Assembly (NCBI RefSeq): GCF_006345805.1
Contig: NC_043002.1
Coordinates: 77,996,001-78,060,000, forward strand
DNA length: 64,000 nucleotides
Origin: Octopus sinensis
Lineage: Eukaryota
Direction of reading: 5' to 3'
Numbering within the stretch: position 1 is the stretch's first letter; the number at the start of each line of letters is the position of its first letter. Under the pieces are notes generated by a model. It did not search any database, had not been told where the DNA came from, and saw nothing but the letters and a program-made list of their open reading frames with translations. Made by a program: the position numbers and the translations under genes. Below are positions 35,701-49,322 of the stretch, in pieces.

Positions 35701-38700
35701 ACGCTCCTTTTGTATATTTGAATACTTAAAATAATAAAATAAAGTTTATTAATATTTATTATATAAGATGAGATAAAACTGCTTGAATTGATGTTGACAC
35801 TAGGTTATACCCTTTCCTTCTTTCTGTTTTCTCTACTGATGTTTTTCTCTTCTTCTCTATGGGGGCCGCTAATTCTGATGATAGAACAGCAGACAGAAAC
35901 TAATGTTAGTCATCTGGTATGCCAGAGACCGCCTTTCCATTCCCTTCTACATTCTCTCAGCGAATCTTCTCTCTAGTTTTGTTGTTTTCTTTTATTTCTT
36001 TCATAGAAAAATAGGGTGTGTAATCTGTATTATTGGAGTGTATGTGGGGGTTCGTATCAATAAGTAGTAGTATGTACATGTCAGTATTAAATGTGTGCAT
36101 TTTTTTCTTTTCTAAAACGGTAACGGTAATTATTAAACTAATTCCGATATTATAGCTTAATTTGCTCCTTGTTCATTGAGAAATTTTCCTTTTTTTCCCC
36201 CTTTTTATTAAGCCTGACTGCTTTTCCTGTTTATTATCATGCCGCTAATTCGATGCCTCTATGAACATTCTTGTCTATTCATTTTATCACATCCTCTCCT
36301 CCCTCGCTTCATTCTTTGACGATATTTGAACAAAATTCGACCCTTTTTTGAAGGTCTATTGCTCGTTACAAAACACGAGCCACACATCATCTTTTCGATT
36401 TGATAACATCTATTCATTTTTCTCTTTTGTCTTTAGAGTTTCCTTTCTCAATTTCTCTCACAGTTTTAGTTGTTAGAAGAATTGAATTTAACAGTAGGAG
36501 AGATGACTTTCGTTTATAAACCGCCCACCCAAAACGCGTATAGTCTTCCGTAAGGAAACTTGTAACACTTAAAGTATTTAGCATTAACAAAAAATCCGGA
36601 CTATTCCCGGTAGCGGAATTGAGTGGAATGTCCAGGAAGTTATTTATAATGCAAAATATGTAACATCAAGGTTAAATGCTCTTTTTGTCTTGTGCAACTT
36701 GTGTTGGTGATTTCTCACTCTCTTTCCCTCCACTCTTTTCACTTGATTTGGTTCACTGGTATTTATTTCATGTGATGTAACTCCTAACCTTTTGCTGGCA
36801 TGTGAATCACTTTTTCAATATCTCCTTGTCTGAATAGCAAGCTAACTGTGTACCTGTCTGAGAGCCATGCTTGAAATGGAATATTGCCAGGATATTGTAT
36901 ACTTTGCACTGCTACCTCTCCTGCTTTACATAGGAGTACTACACCGAGTTATTACCTAGAGTTTGTCATACCAACCAATTCATGTATCTATTCTACTAAC
37001 TTAAGCAAAACCACACGATCCCGGTGAGCGGTCTCTTGAAATGCAAAATTATATACATGGTCGTGTGTGAGCGAACGTAAATGCTTGTTCTCCAAAAGCA
37101 TGATTATTTGTCAATGGGTTATTTGTTCACTTAATTGTAAAGAAATGAAATGTAACGAGAACAATGATGAGGTAAATGAAGTGAGATAGCTACAACTGGG
37201 AATCAAAACTGGGTCACAGTCACGGCTTGCAGATGGAGAGGGGGGTGGCGCTTACCCTCTGCTCAGTCAATAACCTACCCACATACTTTTGCATTCTCTG
37301 TTTTTATGCATTTTGTTTTACTGTCTTCAGTTTATAATTTTCTTTTGTTTTGTAAGCTGAATTGATTTACTTAAAGGTTACTTACTTATTCTCAACTATT
37401 TTCTGTCTCATTAATGTTTTAAATAGGTAATTAGTAGGATAAATTCAATAAGCATAAAAAGAACCTAAATTAGATTCTTTGTATTTTTACTTTCTTTCTT
37501 TTACCATTTATTAAGATTTTTATCAAAATATATTAAGAAAAAGTTTATCTAGAAATGTCTATAACAGTCAATATAAAGGAATAGTGTTTTGATTTTCTTT
37601 TAAATTTCTGAACTTTGATTTGTGAACCAAGAGAAATACATATGTATGTGGCCATGTTCTGCAGTGCAATCTTGAGGTAAAGGAATGATTAGCCCACAAA
37701 AGCTGTTCAGACCAATCTCTTAGGATGTGAAAAGTAGGTTCTTCTATCTATCTGTCTTAAAAAATCTTTTTTTCATTACAGTCTATAAAGGAGTCTTGAA
37801 ACAGTTCAAAATGGATTGCCCCTGAGTACATTTATATGCTAACAGCTAATCTCTTATTGCAATATCTGCTAAATAACTGCAGAATTTCAGTAGTGTAGAG
37901 GTAAGCAGTGTCATCAAGAAGTATCCTTATGCTTGTATTTTAAGTGGGCAGGTAGCAACTATACGCAGGTATAGTCACTATAAACATGAAGTACACAAAG
38001 ATGTTGGGAATTTATTTAGATTAACAGATAGCTGAAATTTTGGGTATACCAGATGTTCTGAGGTAACATAAACAGTCAATGACTGCTTAAGACACCCTAC
38101 CCACGTTAGTTCTGTTATCTAGCTGGTGTAATTAACATTAGAAAGGAACTATTATCTTTGTTAGTAGCTGAGGATTTCTTTTGTTTCTTTATGTAAACTA
38201 CATTAGATGAGGATTTGTATAAAGTTTGATATCGTATGGCAGTGAAACAGTTGGCTGGGGAGGCAGAATTAGACCACAGTAAATTTGAGAAGTAGATGAA
38301 CTCAAAATGAGAAGATTGAGTCTCATAGGAGTAATGATGGCATGAGATCAGAAACAAAGCTGATCTGTAAAATTTTCTAATCTATTCCATTCCACATCTA
38401 TACTAAAACAAATATCAATGTTCAGATTTATTTGTTTATGAAATATCTTATTTCTAAAGTGTTTGAATTAGTAGTGTTAATTTTCCCTAAAAGTAAAGTT
38501 TCTGACAATTGTCACTATTTTTGGGTGGTAGCCAATGAAATTAATTGTTAGATTGTAGAAATACTAATTAAAGTATGATTGATATTTATAACTTGCACTA
38601 GTGAGTAAAATTCTCTGACCATGGGTTGTTGAACCACTGAAGGCATGTATATTTACATAATACATAAGGCCTTTTTTGAATTATTGTAAAAAAGAAAATG

Positions 38701-40249
38701 TAAATATTATCAGAGCCCTCTTTAGAAGCTTAACAGTGCTGTAGGCATTGATGGCTAATTTCAGCATATTACTGGTACCTTATCAATCTTGGGTGTTGGA
38801 AAGTTACTGTGATCATTGCAGAAAGGTTTAAACTAAAGAATCATAGTAAATGATAGTGTAGTACAGTATTGAACAATTTAAAGTTTAGCATGTAGAGTAG
38901 GTGAAACTACATTTTTAACAGCTTACCATTTCAACTTTACCTTTCAATTTTAGTTATGTTCCAAGGTAAGAAGTTGGTCAAACACCTGTCATTTCTCTTT
39001 GCGCTTGCTATCAGTTGTTTCTAGTACATGATGTTTTAGAAATATGTCCTGTATACATCTTATCTAAAGATTTTATTTGAACTGAAGTCCAATCATAGAA
39101 AATACTTTAACTGTTTAAATGGTTTCTCAAATTAGGAACACATGTGACTTTTTTTCCAGGTTGAGAAACACCTTGATAAACTTAGAAAGATACATACTAT
39201 TTCCAATACCAATTAGGATTCAACATTCATACACAATTCTGCAAATTAAACACCTTATCAGTAAATCTAATATTTAATGTAAGTTATTTGAGTAAACTGT
39301 TATCTATTTCATTGGTTTATTGCCTTAAATGGTTCTGATTCAATAATCTACAGTTGATCAAAGTTTAATGTATTCAGAGAATACATAGTTTCTTATTAAA
39401 AGATTATCTTTACTGATTAATTTTATAAGGTTTGTTAGTAAAGTTCTCTACTCAATTAAGATTGTTCAAGTTTAACAATGTATTTGAATACACTTGATCA
39501 AAGTTTAAAGTTTTATGACAGTATGCATTTTCTTGTAAAAAATGTCTTGCATGGTCAATTTTATAGTTTGTAACACTGAGAGAAGTGGCTAGGGAAACAG
39601 GTTTCATGTTGGAAAGGAGCTACATGACTACCCTTTGTCATTATTTATTTTTGGCACAAGAGTTGTTAGAAAGGCTCTTTTATATATCCATATAATATCA
39701 AAAGGTTAAATCAGCTTGCCAAATATGTTTTTGAACTATTGTAAAGTGAAAATATAAATGTGACCTAAAACCCATTGAAGCTCAGGTAGCATGTATATTA
39801 TATATAAATGTGTGTGTATATAGTGCAGGCATGCCTGTGTGGATACAGACTTAAATTTATTACAATGTGGTCTTGGATTCTATCTCTATATATCATCATC
39901 AGTTCTTTTTTCCATGCTGGCATGGGTTGGATGGTTCAAGAAGAACAGACAAGCCAGAGGGCTCCACCAGCTTTTAAGTTTGCTTTGGTATGGTTTCTAA
40001 AGGAGGGGTGAGGAAATAGGTTTCTTGCTGAAAAAGAGCTACATGACTACCCACCATCATCATTTATCTTCTCTGTTCCATGCCAGCATGGGTTGATGGT
40101 TTAACAGGATCTGATGGGTCTGAAATCTGCATCATATCCCAGTGTCTACTTTAGCATGGTTTGTATGGCTGGTTACCCTCCTTAATGGCAACCACACTAA
40201 GATCTCTTTTGACTGAGTGGGGATACATTGGAGAAGAGGATGGATGATG

Positions 40250-41070
40250 AGGGGCTCATGTGTGAGAGAAGTGGCTAAGAAAACAGGTTTCTTGTTGAAA
40301 AGGAGCTACACGACTACTTATGTTATAGTAGAAAGAGTGGGGGTGGGCTTGGTTGAAGCTGGAAAGAGATAGAAATATTAGTGACAAGGTATCGGTACAT
40401 CCTCAAGGTGAGTGTGGTCAGGGGAACATTGTGTGTGGGAGTGGGTAGAGGTTGCAAGGAAGTATGGGGGAAGTGAGAGGGATGGGAATGGGTGAGAGGG
40501 TGAATATAAGGAAGAACAAATGTTGAGGGATGATATAAGTTGGGAAAATAGGGAGAGAGTAGGTGACAACAGTAGGAGTTGTGTCTGATTGAGGGCTGGA
40601 TGGTGTGAATGGGGATAAGGAATGAGTGGGGGTGGTCTAATCTATAAACAAGTTGCAGAGGTAGAATACAGGAGATGACTAACATTGCCGAAAGAGGTAG
40701 GTGTGAAGAGCAGCAAAATAGCGATAATGATACAGTAGACAGGGGAAGGATGAGAGAGAGATGATATATGGTTGCATGGGTTGTAAGAGTGTGATGGGGA
40801 GAGATAGGCGAGGTAGGCACAAGTGGAGGGAGATAGGGAGAAACATTGTGGTGGAAGAAAATAATTTGATGACTTAGGAGGATAATTAATGTAAAATGTG
40901 GGTAGAGTGGACAGTACTAAGAATGTCATATGGGTATCAGGTGAAACGGTTCCAGGTAGTGAGGAAGATAAGTGGTATCGCTGATGAGGTGATGAAGTTG
41001 GCAGTTTTACTTGCATTTAACTTTAATTGCAGTAGCAGAATACTGCGGTCAGAAATATAAGTAGTTTGGA
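40250..41070 (-). mobile_element. Highly degraded non-LTR retrotransposon-like fragment (purine-rich plus strand)
   Basis: Strong strand asymmetry and broken pseudo-ORFs on the minus strand; no intact catalytic motif recognised. Confidence 0.3.
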
Positions 41071-41229
41071 CATCTTGAGGAGGAAATTGAGTGAGAGAAC
41101 ACACTTATGCATTCATATAAACATTGTATTTCCAAAATGTCTTATAGAGATGGATAGGTCTTCTTGAGAACTGCTAATCACCCACCATTCTGGTCCTTTA
41201 CATACATACATATTTAACATGGCCTATGC

Positions 41230-41703
41230 CAGGGGTGTAACCAGCCCATTTATGCTTACCTTTCCTTCATTGGACACTAAACTCTGCTTGCGAAGACCTG
41301 TTGAGGCAAGTGAAATCGAAATCAAATTCGATGACTGGCATCTATGCTAATGGAGCGCTAAGAGCACCATCCAAGCGTGATCATTGCCAGAGCGATTAAC
41401 TGGCTTCTGTGCTGGTGGCATGTAAAAGGCACCATTCGAGCGTGATCGTTACCAGCGTCGCCTTACTGGCACATGAAAAAACTTTCGAGCCAGGTCATTG
41501 CCAGTACCACCTGACTGGCCCTTGTGTGGGTGGCACATAAAAGCACCCACTACACTCTCGGAGTGGTTGGCATTAGGAAGGGCATCCAGCTGTAGAAACT
41601 CTGTCAGATCAAGATTGGAGCCTGGTGCAGCCATCCGGTTCGCCAGTCCTCAATCAAATCGTCCAACCCATGCTAGCCTGGAAAGCGGACATTAAATGAT
41701 GAT
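41230..41703 (+). mobile_element. RTE-type 3' region/tail, longer copy
   Basis: Same internal repeats and terminal motif as 130-462, ending ATGATGAT. Confidence 0.75.
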
Positions 41704-41861
41704 TATATGTATATGTATATCATGAGCCCTAAGGCTAATCTTGGAGATGCACATTGCACTATTCATATTGAATGATTGTAAATTCAGTGTTTATTATGAT
41801 ACATTTCAATTTCAAAATTTAATGGAATCTACAGGCAGAATTTAATTTTTGGGGGAAACAC

Positions 41862-42237
41862 CTGTATGCTGAGAAGTTTGCTTTCCAACCACATGGTTTT
41901 GGGTTCAGTCCCACTGCATGGCACCTTGGGCAAGTGTCTTCTACTATAGCCTTGGGCCAACAGAAGCTTTGTGAGTGGATTTGGTAGATGGAAACTGAAA
42001 AAATCCCATTGTATATAAGTGTGTATCTGTGTTTGTTCCCATCACTGCTTGACAACCGGTGTTGGTATGTTTATGTCCCCATAGCTTACTAGTTTGGCTA
42101 AAGAGACTGATAGAATAAGTACCAGGCTTTAAAAAAAAAATTAAGTACTGGGATCAATTCATTTGGCTAAATATTCTTCAAGGTGGTGCCCCAGTGTGGC
42201 TGCAGTCTAATTACTGAAACATATAAAAGATAAAGAT
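41862..42237 (+). mobile_element. CORE-type SINE
   Basis: B box GGGTTCAGTCCC, CACCTTGGGCAAGTGTCTT and conserved tail. Confidence 0.85.
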
Positions 42238-42335
42238 AACCTGTTTTCAAACTGATGACTATTCAGGCACTCCTGATAACATGAAGCGATAGCATTACAA
42301 ACATCAAGAAATATTTCATTCATTTTCTATGCACA

Positions 42336-42828
42336 TAGGCGCAAGAGTGGCTGTGCAGTAAGAAGCTTGCTTCCCAACTACATGGTTCTGGGTTCAGTCC
42401 CACTGCATTGCACCTTGGGCAAGTGTCTTCTACTATAGCTTCGGGCTGGCCAAAGCTTTGTGAGTGGATTTGGTAGACGTAAACTGAAAGAAGCCTGTTG
42501 TGTGTGTATATATATATCTTAGACTTTTTCACTTCCTGAGCATTATACTAATACTTCTGTTTGTTGTCTACACCACCTGTCTTCATCTTTTGGGGTTTTT
42601 TTTGTGAGTTCTCCTTATATATATGTTTGTGTATCTGTGTTTGTCCCCCTCCACTATCGCTTGACAACTAATGTTGGTGTGTTTACATCCCCGTAACTTA
42701 GCGGCTCGGCAAAAGAGACTGACAGAATAAGTACTAGGCTTACAAAGAATAAGTCCTGGGGTTGATTTGTTCGACTAAAGGCAGTGCTCCAGCATGGCTG
42801 CAATCAAATGACTGAAATAAGTAAAAGT
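42336..42828 (+). mobile_element. CORE-type SINE with ~100-bp insertion in its (TA)n tract
   Basis: A box AGTGGCTGTGCAGTAAG, B box, CORE motif and tail; extra sequence at ~42520-42620. Confidence 0.85.
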
Positions 42829-42859
42829 ATAATACTCATTCAATGGCTGTTTTCAATTT

Positions 42860-44290
42860 GTTGACTTTTGCTGGTTTTGTACAGCAAACTTTAAGTATTC
42901 CCATACAATAAGTCAAATGGTGAGTTCCAGTGAATGTAGTGGGTATACTACTAAACTTCATCTAATCTACTCATTTGGCAAAATTACATCATGATAGGCC
43001 TTTACAATACTATGGCTGCTTGTTTGGCAAAATTTCCATCTTGCTGGAAATAAAAAAAAACTCCATATCTTCAAAGTCCTCTTGAATGCTTGGCTTGGCA
43101 GACTGTCACAGCAAGTTCATGGCACCAGTCACAGTACCACCAAAAAACGAGGACTCAACTAATCCTTTTGATGATAAGCTGCACCATATAGTATGTAACT
43201 CCTGGAAAATTAACATGATGTTCTTTTATAAAATGCAGATCCTCAGCTACCCAGTAGGTGTAACTGGTGGTTAATTGAGTTATTTACCTTAAATCCTCGA
43301 GTATAATCCGCATTTTTTCCCCCAAAATTTAAAGGTCAAAATCCCTACTGCGTACTATATACGAGGTTAAAAATGAAAAAGATTTTCTAAGCAATGTCCG
43401 AGTCTCTATTTGCTGTCCGGCAATATTTATTCAAATACATTTTGTGATGTCAGGCGGGAAAATACCTTAAGCTAAACCTGAAAGCAATGAAGTCATAAAA
43501 GGATCATCCATAACTTGCAATAAGCAACATTTATTAAAATAAAAGTATTCAGAACACAGAAAAACATGTAACAAAAAGAATTTGCAAACATATTTACATT
43601 CCCATATAACAGTTAAGAACATCACCATTATTGTATTGTGCATGCACAGAAGCGTTTGTTCGACTAGGTGCTGCTGGCTTAATTACGCACGACTCAAGTT
43701 AGAGAAGGGGTGCATATTATACATACGGTTTAGGTTTTTCAGACGTACAGCTCCCTAAAAATCCGCTGCGTATTATACTCGAGGATTTACGGTAATTTAT
43801 ATGTAGTCTCATAGTTCTGATCAACTTTAGTTGGAAAGTATGCATCTTCTACATGATTTGACAAGTACCATTTGCAAAAGTTCACTCTTCAGTATCAATC
43901 ATCTTCATTGAGAACTTGGAATATAACTTCCCACTGACAATGCTTCAAAATGCAATGAATATTTGATTTTGAAATTCCTATTTTATGACTCTGGCAATAC
44001 ATTTATTAGTTTACCTCTTCCTGCTTTGCTGGACTCATTGATGCTTTGTTCTTCTGGAATGTTTCATGTGGACATTCTGAACTTTTTCATCTGCTTCAAA
44101 CTCATCACTAATTTCAGCGATGGCAAGTCACATAAGTGGATCTGTTTGAAACTCCTCTCTCTCCTAAAATGTCTTTGCACTTCAACTGTGTTTTCAAACT
44201 TCTAGTAACACTAAGATAAGCTTCCATTGTTCAGAGCTTACGTTATTTCCATACATTATCTCTAATGGGTATCTAGAAACAAATGAAAAT
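42860..44290 (-). pseudogene. Degraded Tc1/mariner-superfamily transposase relic, split by a MITE
   Basis: Minus-strand remnants GISKSNIHCILK (HTH), FFGGTVTG, YFQQDG and VWEYLK resemble the GISKS.VHRIL / FF.GTVTG / FQQDGA / WGYLK motifs of this superfamily. Confidence 0.65.
43285..43794. mobile_element. pogo/Tigger-like MITE
   Basis: TIRs TACCTTAAATCCTCGAGTATAAT / ATTATACTCGAGGATTTACGGTA with TA termini. Confidence 0.85.
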
Positions 44291-44344
44291 GAAGTTATCA
44301 TTTGTTGAAATGTGTGTGTGTATATATTTTTTCTTTTATTTATT

Positions 44345-44736
44345 TATTTATTTTCTTTCTTTTACTTGTTTCAGTCATTTGACTGTGGCCATGCTGGAGC
44401 ACCGCCTTTAATCGAGCAACTCGACCCCGGGACTTATTCTTTTGTAAGCCCAGTACTTATTCTATCGGTCTCTTTTGCCGAACCGCTAAGTAACGGGAAC
44501 ATAAACTCACCAGCATCGGTTGTCAAGCAATGCCAGGGGGACAAACACACACACGCATATATATATACATATATACGACGGGCTTCTTCCAGTTTCCGTC
44601 TACCAAATCCACTCACAAGGCTTTGGTCGGCCCGAGGCTATAGCAGAAGACACTTGCCCAAGGTGCCACGCAGTGGGACTGAACCCGGAACCATGCGGTT
44701 GGTAAACAAGCTACTTACCACACAGCCACTCCTGCG

Positions 44737-44740
<4 letters not shown>
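44345..44740 (-). mobile_element. CORE-type SINE (well-preserved copy)
   Basis: Full head-CORE-tail, collinear with the other copies. Confidence 0.9.
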
Positions 44741-44776
<36 letters not shown>

Positions 44777-44838
44777 CAAACAGAGCCGCTTGAAATGGTC
44801 ATATTGCATCACTTCTTGATATCCTGTTGCTTATTTTG

Positions 44839-44876
<38 letters not shown>

Positions 44877-45457
44877 AAATAAGAAAATGGAGAAATACAA
44901 ATGAATTAATTGCATTGCAATTCTTAACATTTATGTATTAACTTTGTTGGGTGCTTTACTGGCAGTATATTGGATATATGTTATCCCATGGTGGGTTGCA
45001 CTCACAACCCCTATCTCAATTTGTATATATATATATATATATGTATATACATGCATATTTACAAACTCACACACATCCAATAGGCTGCAGAAGATTGGAT
45101 GTATATGTCTGATGTGCTTGTTTATTTTTGTGGGTTGTTGATTGTGAACCTTTTACATTTTCATAGTTTCCTAGTTATTCTCTATGGAGATTCTGGCTCT
45201 TGTAGGGTTAAACATATTTAGGGAGTTATTAGTTTCTTATTGATTTTGTTGTGTGTGTGTATGTATATATATATATATACCATGCACTGTTATTGGGATT
45301 CTATTTCTGATGAGGCTTCTACTTGTTTAGGGGGTTTATATTTTGTGGAGCTTCTGTTGCATATAATGTATATATGTTTATGTGTGTGTACATATGCAAA
45401 TGTATATATATATGTTTGTTTTCATATGTATTTATATACACAACTGTGTGTGTGTGT

Positions 45458-45695
45458 CATCATCATCATCGTTTAATGTCTATTTTCCATGCTAGCATAG
45501 GTTTGACGGTTTGACTGAGGGCTGGCGAACCAGATGGCTGCACCAGGCTCCAGTCTTGATCTGGCAGAGTTTCTACAGCTGGATGCCCTTCCTAACGCCA
45601 ACCACTCCGAGAGTGTAGTGGGTGCTTTTATGTGCCACCGGCACGGGGGCCAGTCAGGCGGTACTGGCAATGGCCTCGCTTGAATCTTTTTACAT
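45458..45695 (-). mobile_element. RTE-type 3' tail
   Basis: Reverse complement of the 41230-41703 tail with (CAT)n. Confidence 0.75.
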
Positions 45696-48304
45696 ATGCC
45701 AATATATTAATATATAAAGTCAACAATGAACACACATTCACAAGGTATGTGTTTTGCCAGTTTGTGGGTAGACTATGATTTGTAGGCATGAGAGAAAATT
45801 TTTGCATCAATACACCTGATATAAAAACACCTAGAAGTCATGGACAAGTGAGATAATTCACACCAGGTCCCATAGCATGGGTAGTAGACCTTTGTGTTTT
45901 ATCATCTTCCTGACTTATTAATACCATGTACCTAGAATGAGGTCAGATGTAAGCTAAATCACTTTCTATGAATTGGTAGCTATTGCTTGCCACCACATAT
46001 AATTTCTATAGTATACACTACAGGTTTTTGTTGTCTAGATATTACCTCATAACACTAGAGATAATAATAATATTATTTGATCCTTGTTCTACAAAAGCAA
46101 GAATCAGGATCTTTTAGATGTATAAACATATACATATAAAAGTATATATTACATACTTGGGTATTATATATTATGAATGTTTAAATATAGCTGTACTAAG
46201 AAAAGGTCATCCTCTAAAAATTACCCAAATCGGTGAGTGAGCTCTTGAATATACAGTGACTAATAATTCATAGCTGACACAGAGCTATAAGAGCAGTGGA
46301 TATGAATAGTGCTGAGCTCCAATTCGTCAGTCTGACTCAGTTTTTCTTGGTATTGTGTTTGATAAAACAATTCACTGTTATTTTGTAATCATAAATTACA
46401 TCAACTATATCTTTTTCATGTAAAATCTCTTTAATATGCCTGTGTAAGAATTCTTTAATAATTCAGAGGTGATTGGAGTGACAATAATGTTAAAGTCTCA
46501 GACTAAATTACATACTAGTGTTTAGTTATAATAGGTATTATAAACACTAATTTCAGAGAAAGAACTAACCCATTAATGTCACTGAGCCTATTGCTTTATT
46601 CCATCACAAATTAGTGTTTATCATACTTAAGATCTTAACAGCTAATACATATTTAGTTACATTTAGTCATGTTCTGAGTTAAAATCCTATCAAATCACTT
46701 TTACTTTTCATCCTTCCAGTATCAATGAAATAAATGCCAATACTTATACTAGGAGATTGATGCATTCCAATATATTTTTACCCTACAAAATGTGTGCCAA
46801 TTTAAGAAATCATTATGTATTGATTCACAAAAGAGGGATAAAAGAAACATAGTCATCAATCTTTGATGTTAAATTGAAGTTAGTGGTGTGTTCTTTGGCA
46901 TGTTAATGAAATAATGAGCTACATCAAGTGCAATTTGCTGTTGGTATTTAGCATTCTGTTTCTATTTTTGAAATATTGAATTAAAATGATTAGAGTGCCA
47001 GCTGCTGGTCAAGTGAATAGGGTATTATTTAACCAGCTGAAATGCTTGTGGTTCATATCATTTGTGAACAGTTTTTTGAGAAAAAAGTTTGCTTCACAAC
47101 TCAATTGTATTCACTAAATTCCACTGTACAGCATCTTGAGGAAAAGTCCGCTACCATAACCTTGAGTGAATGAAATTTTGGATGTAAACTTTGTAGAAGC
47201 TCACTGAAGGGGTCATTCCTGTTTTTGGGTGGTAGACTTAATCATGGTTCTTGGACACCTTTATCAGGGCAAACTCTGTTGTAAACATTCAGGTCAGGTC
47301 TCAAGTTGGAATAACTTGGTCCCTTCCTGCCACTGGGTTTAGGAAGTTCTGAAAAGAGTTGTGGTTGTTTTCCTTCTTCAGATGACTGGGCAATAAAAAT
47401 AAATATGTAGCTAGTGAAAGCACTTTACTTGCATTGCTGTAGTTGAACTAGCCGTAAATAGATATATGTAGTAAATATAGTTTGCTGGCGGAAGCAGCAA
47501 AAGAAGTGCGTAAGTAATGCTTGATTGGTTAGCTGGCAGTTCATCTCCTGTCTGTCTATAGAGTTAAGCACTGGCTGACTGATATGCCTTTGATATTTCA
47601 TATGGAGATGAAATCTTCACTGATGTCCCACTTATCTAATGAGTCATAGGACTTGTCATTGTCCGGTTCATTATGATACTAGATATAGGTTTAAATTCAT
47701 AGCTGTTTCCCCAATAAGGTAAACTATCTACCTTACAATATAATACTGGTTCTTCTCTTGATCATATTTCCATTAAAACTTTTTTTTTTGCTTTAGTAAG
47801 AAGTGACTTGACTTGAGCTTAATCTACCAACACTTCTGTATTTTAGTATACTAATACTTCTTTTAAGGTAATGAATTAGCAAATTTATTAAAATAAATAT
47901 TTTCAACTGCTTATGTATGCATTGAGTTAAAATCTCCTGAAGTTAACTTTGTAGACACCCTTTCAGGGTCAATAGAAAAACAAAACCCCCAATCTTGAGA
48001 TTTGGATTGTAAGAACTGTTCAAGGATGGGATAGAGGTACCTTGTTCTTTCTGGTTCTTTGTGATCCGACAGCAATGACTGTGATAAATCTTTAACCTTG
48101 TCATTAGACAACATTGGTGCTATGGAGAGGGTAAAGTTGTATACATGAGCAGCTACTAGTCTTCCACAAAAGAAATCTTGTCTAAGTCTATACATACAGG
48201 TCCAGACACATGGCCAATCCTGTTAAACAGAGGCCTTATAGTATTTTAAAAAATTCTTTTCCCTGGATATGAAAGGTAACATCATCCATGATAGGGATTG
48301 AATT

Positions 48305-48460
48305 CATCATCATTTAACGTCCGCTTTCCATGCTGACATGGGTTGGACGGTTCAACTGGGGTCTGGGAAGCCAGAAGGCTGCACCAGGCCCAGTCTGATC
48401 TGGCAGTGTTTCTACAGCTGGATGTCCTTCCTAACGCCAACCACTCCGTGAGTGTAGTAA
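48305..48460 (-). mobile_element. RTE-type 3' tail fragment
   Basis: CATCATCATTTAACGTCCGCTTTCCATGC...CCTTCCTAACGCCAACCACTCCG. Confidence 0.75.
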
Positions 48461-48957
48461 TTCAGTTTATTAAATATCATAAAGCCATACTCTAGTCCTT
48501 TCTTTACAATTCCCTCTGATCAATAGCAAGAATATTTAATATAAAATCAGTTACTTAAAAAAAAAAAAGGATCCTGATTCTTGCTTTCATAGAACAAGGA
48601 TAAAATAATATCTCTAGTGTTATGGTGACGTCATAGATAATAGAGAACTGCAGTGTATACTATGGAACTTCTGTGTGGTTACTCAGCAATAGCTCCCAAT
48701 TCTCTCTCAAATCACACCCATCTTCAAAAAGGAAGAATGTATAAGACAGTGTTATTCTAGATATACACAGCTGGAACACTTTTCATTATAGACCCTGTTT
48801 AATCCCAAGGGGAAATGACAAAATTACAGTTAGATCCTCACACATTTGTGCTAAAATCATACAGTGAGGGATTTTTATTTTAATAATAATTGTATGCTGA
48901 GTCCACTCAGTAGCTAATTCATCCAGTGATGAATAATTTCATTTGTGAAACATTACT

Positions 48958-49322
48958 CTTTTACTTGTTTCAGTCATTTGACTGTGGCCATGCTGAAGCA
49001 CTGTCTTTAGTCGAGCAAATTGACCCCAGGACTTATTCTTTGTAAGCCTAGTACTTATTCTATCGGTCTCTTTTGCCGAACCGCTTAGTTACGGGGATGT
49101 AAACACACCAGCATCGGTTGTCAAGCGATGTTGGGTGGACAAACACACACATACATATACAATGGGCTTCTTTCAGTTTCCGTCTACCAAATCCACTCAC
49201 AAAGCTTTGGTCGATCCGAGGCTATAGTAGAAGACACTTGCCCAAGGTGCCACACAGTGGGACTGAACCTGGAACCCTGTGGTTCGTAAGCAATCTACTT
49301 ACAACACAGCCATTCCTACACC
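48958..49322 (-). mobile_element. CORE-type SINE
   Basis: Full-length copy collinear with 44345-44740. Confidence 0.88.

Noticed and set aside
44312-44941. 209-aa ORF and similar ORFs at 4772, 6132, 49118 and 56164
   Set aside because: They are read-throughs of SINE copies and (TA)n tracts.
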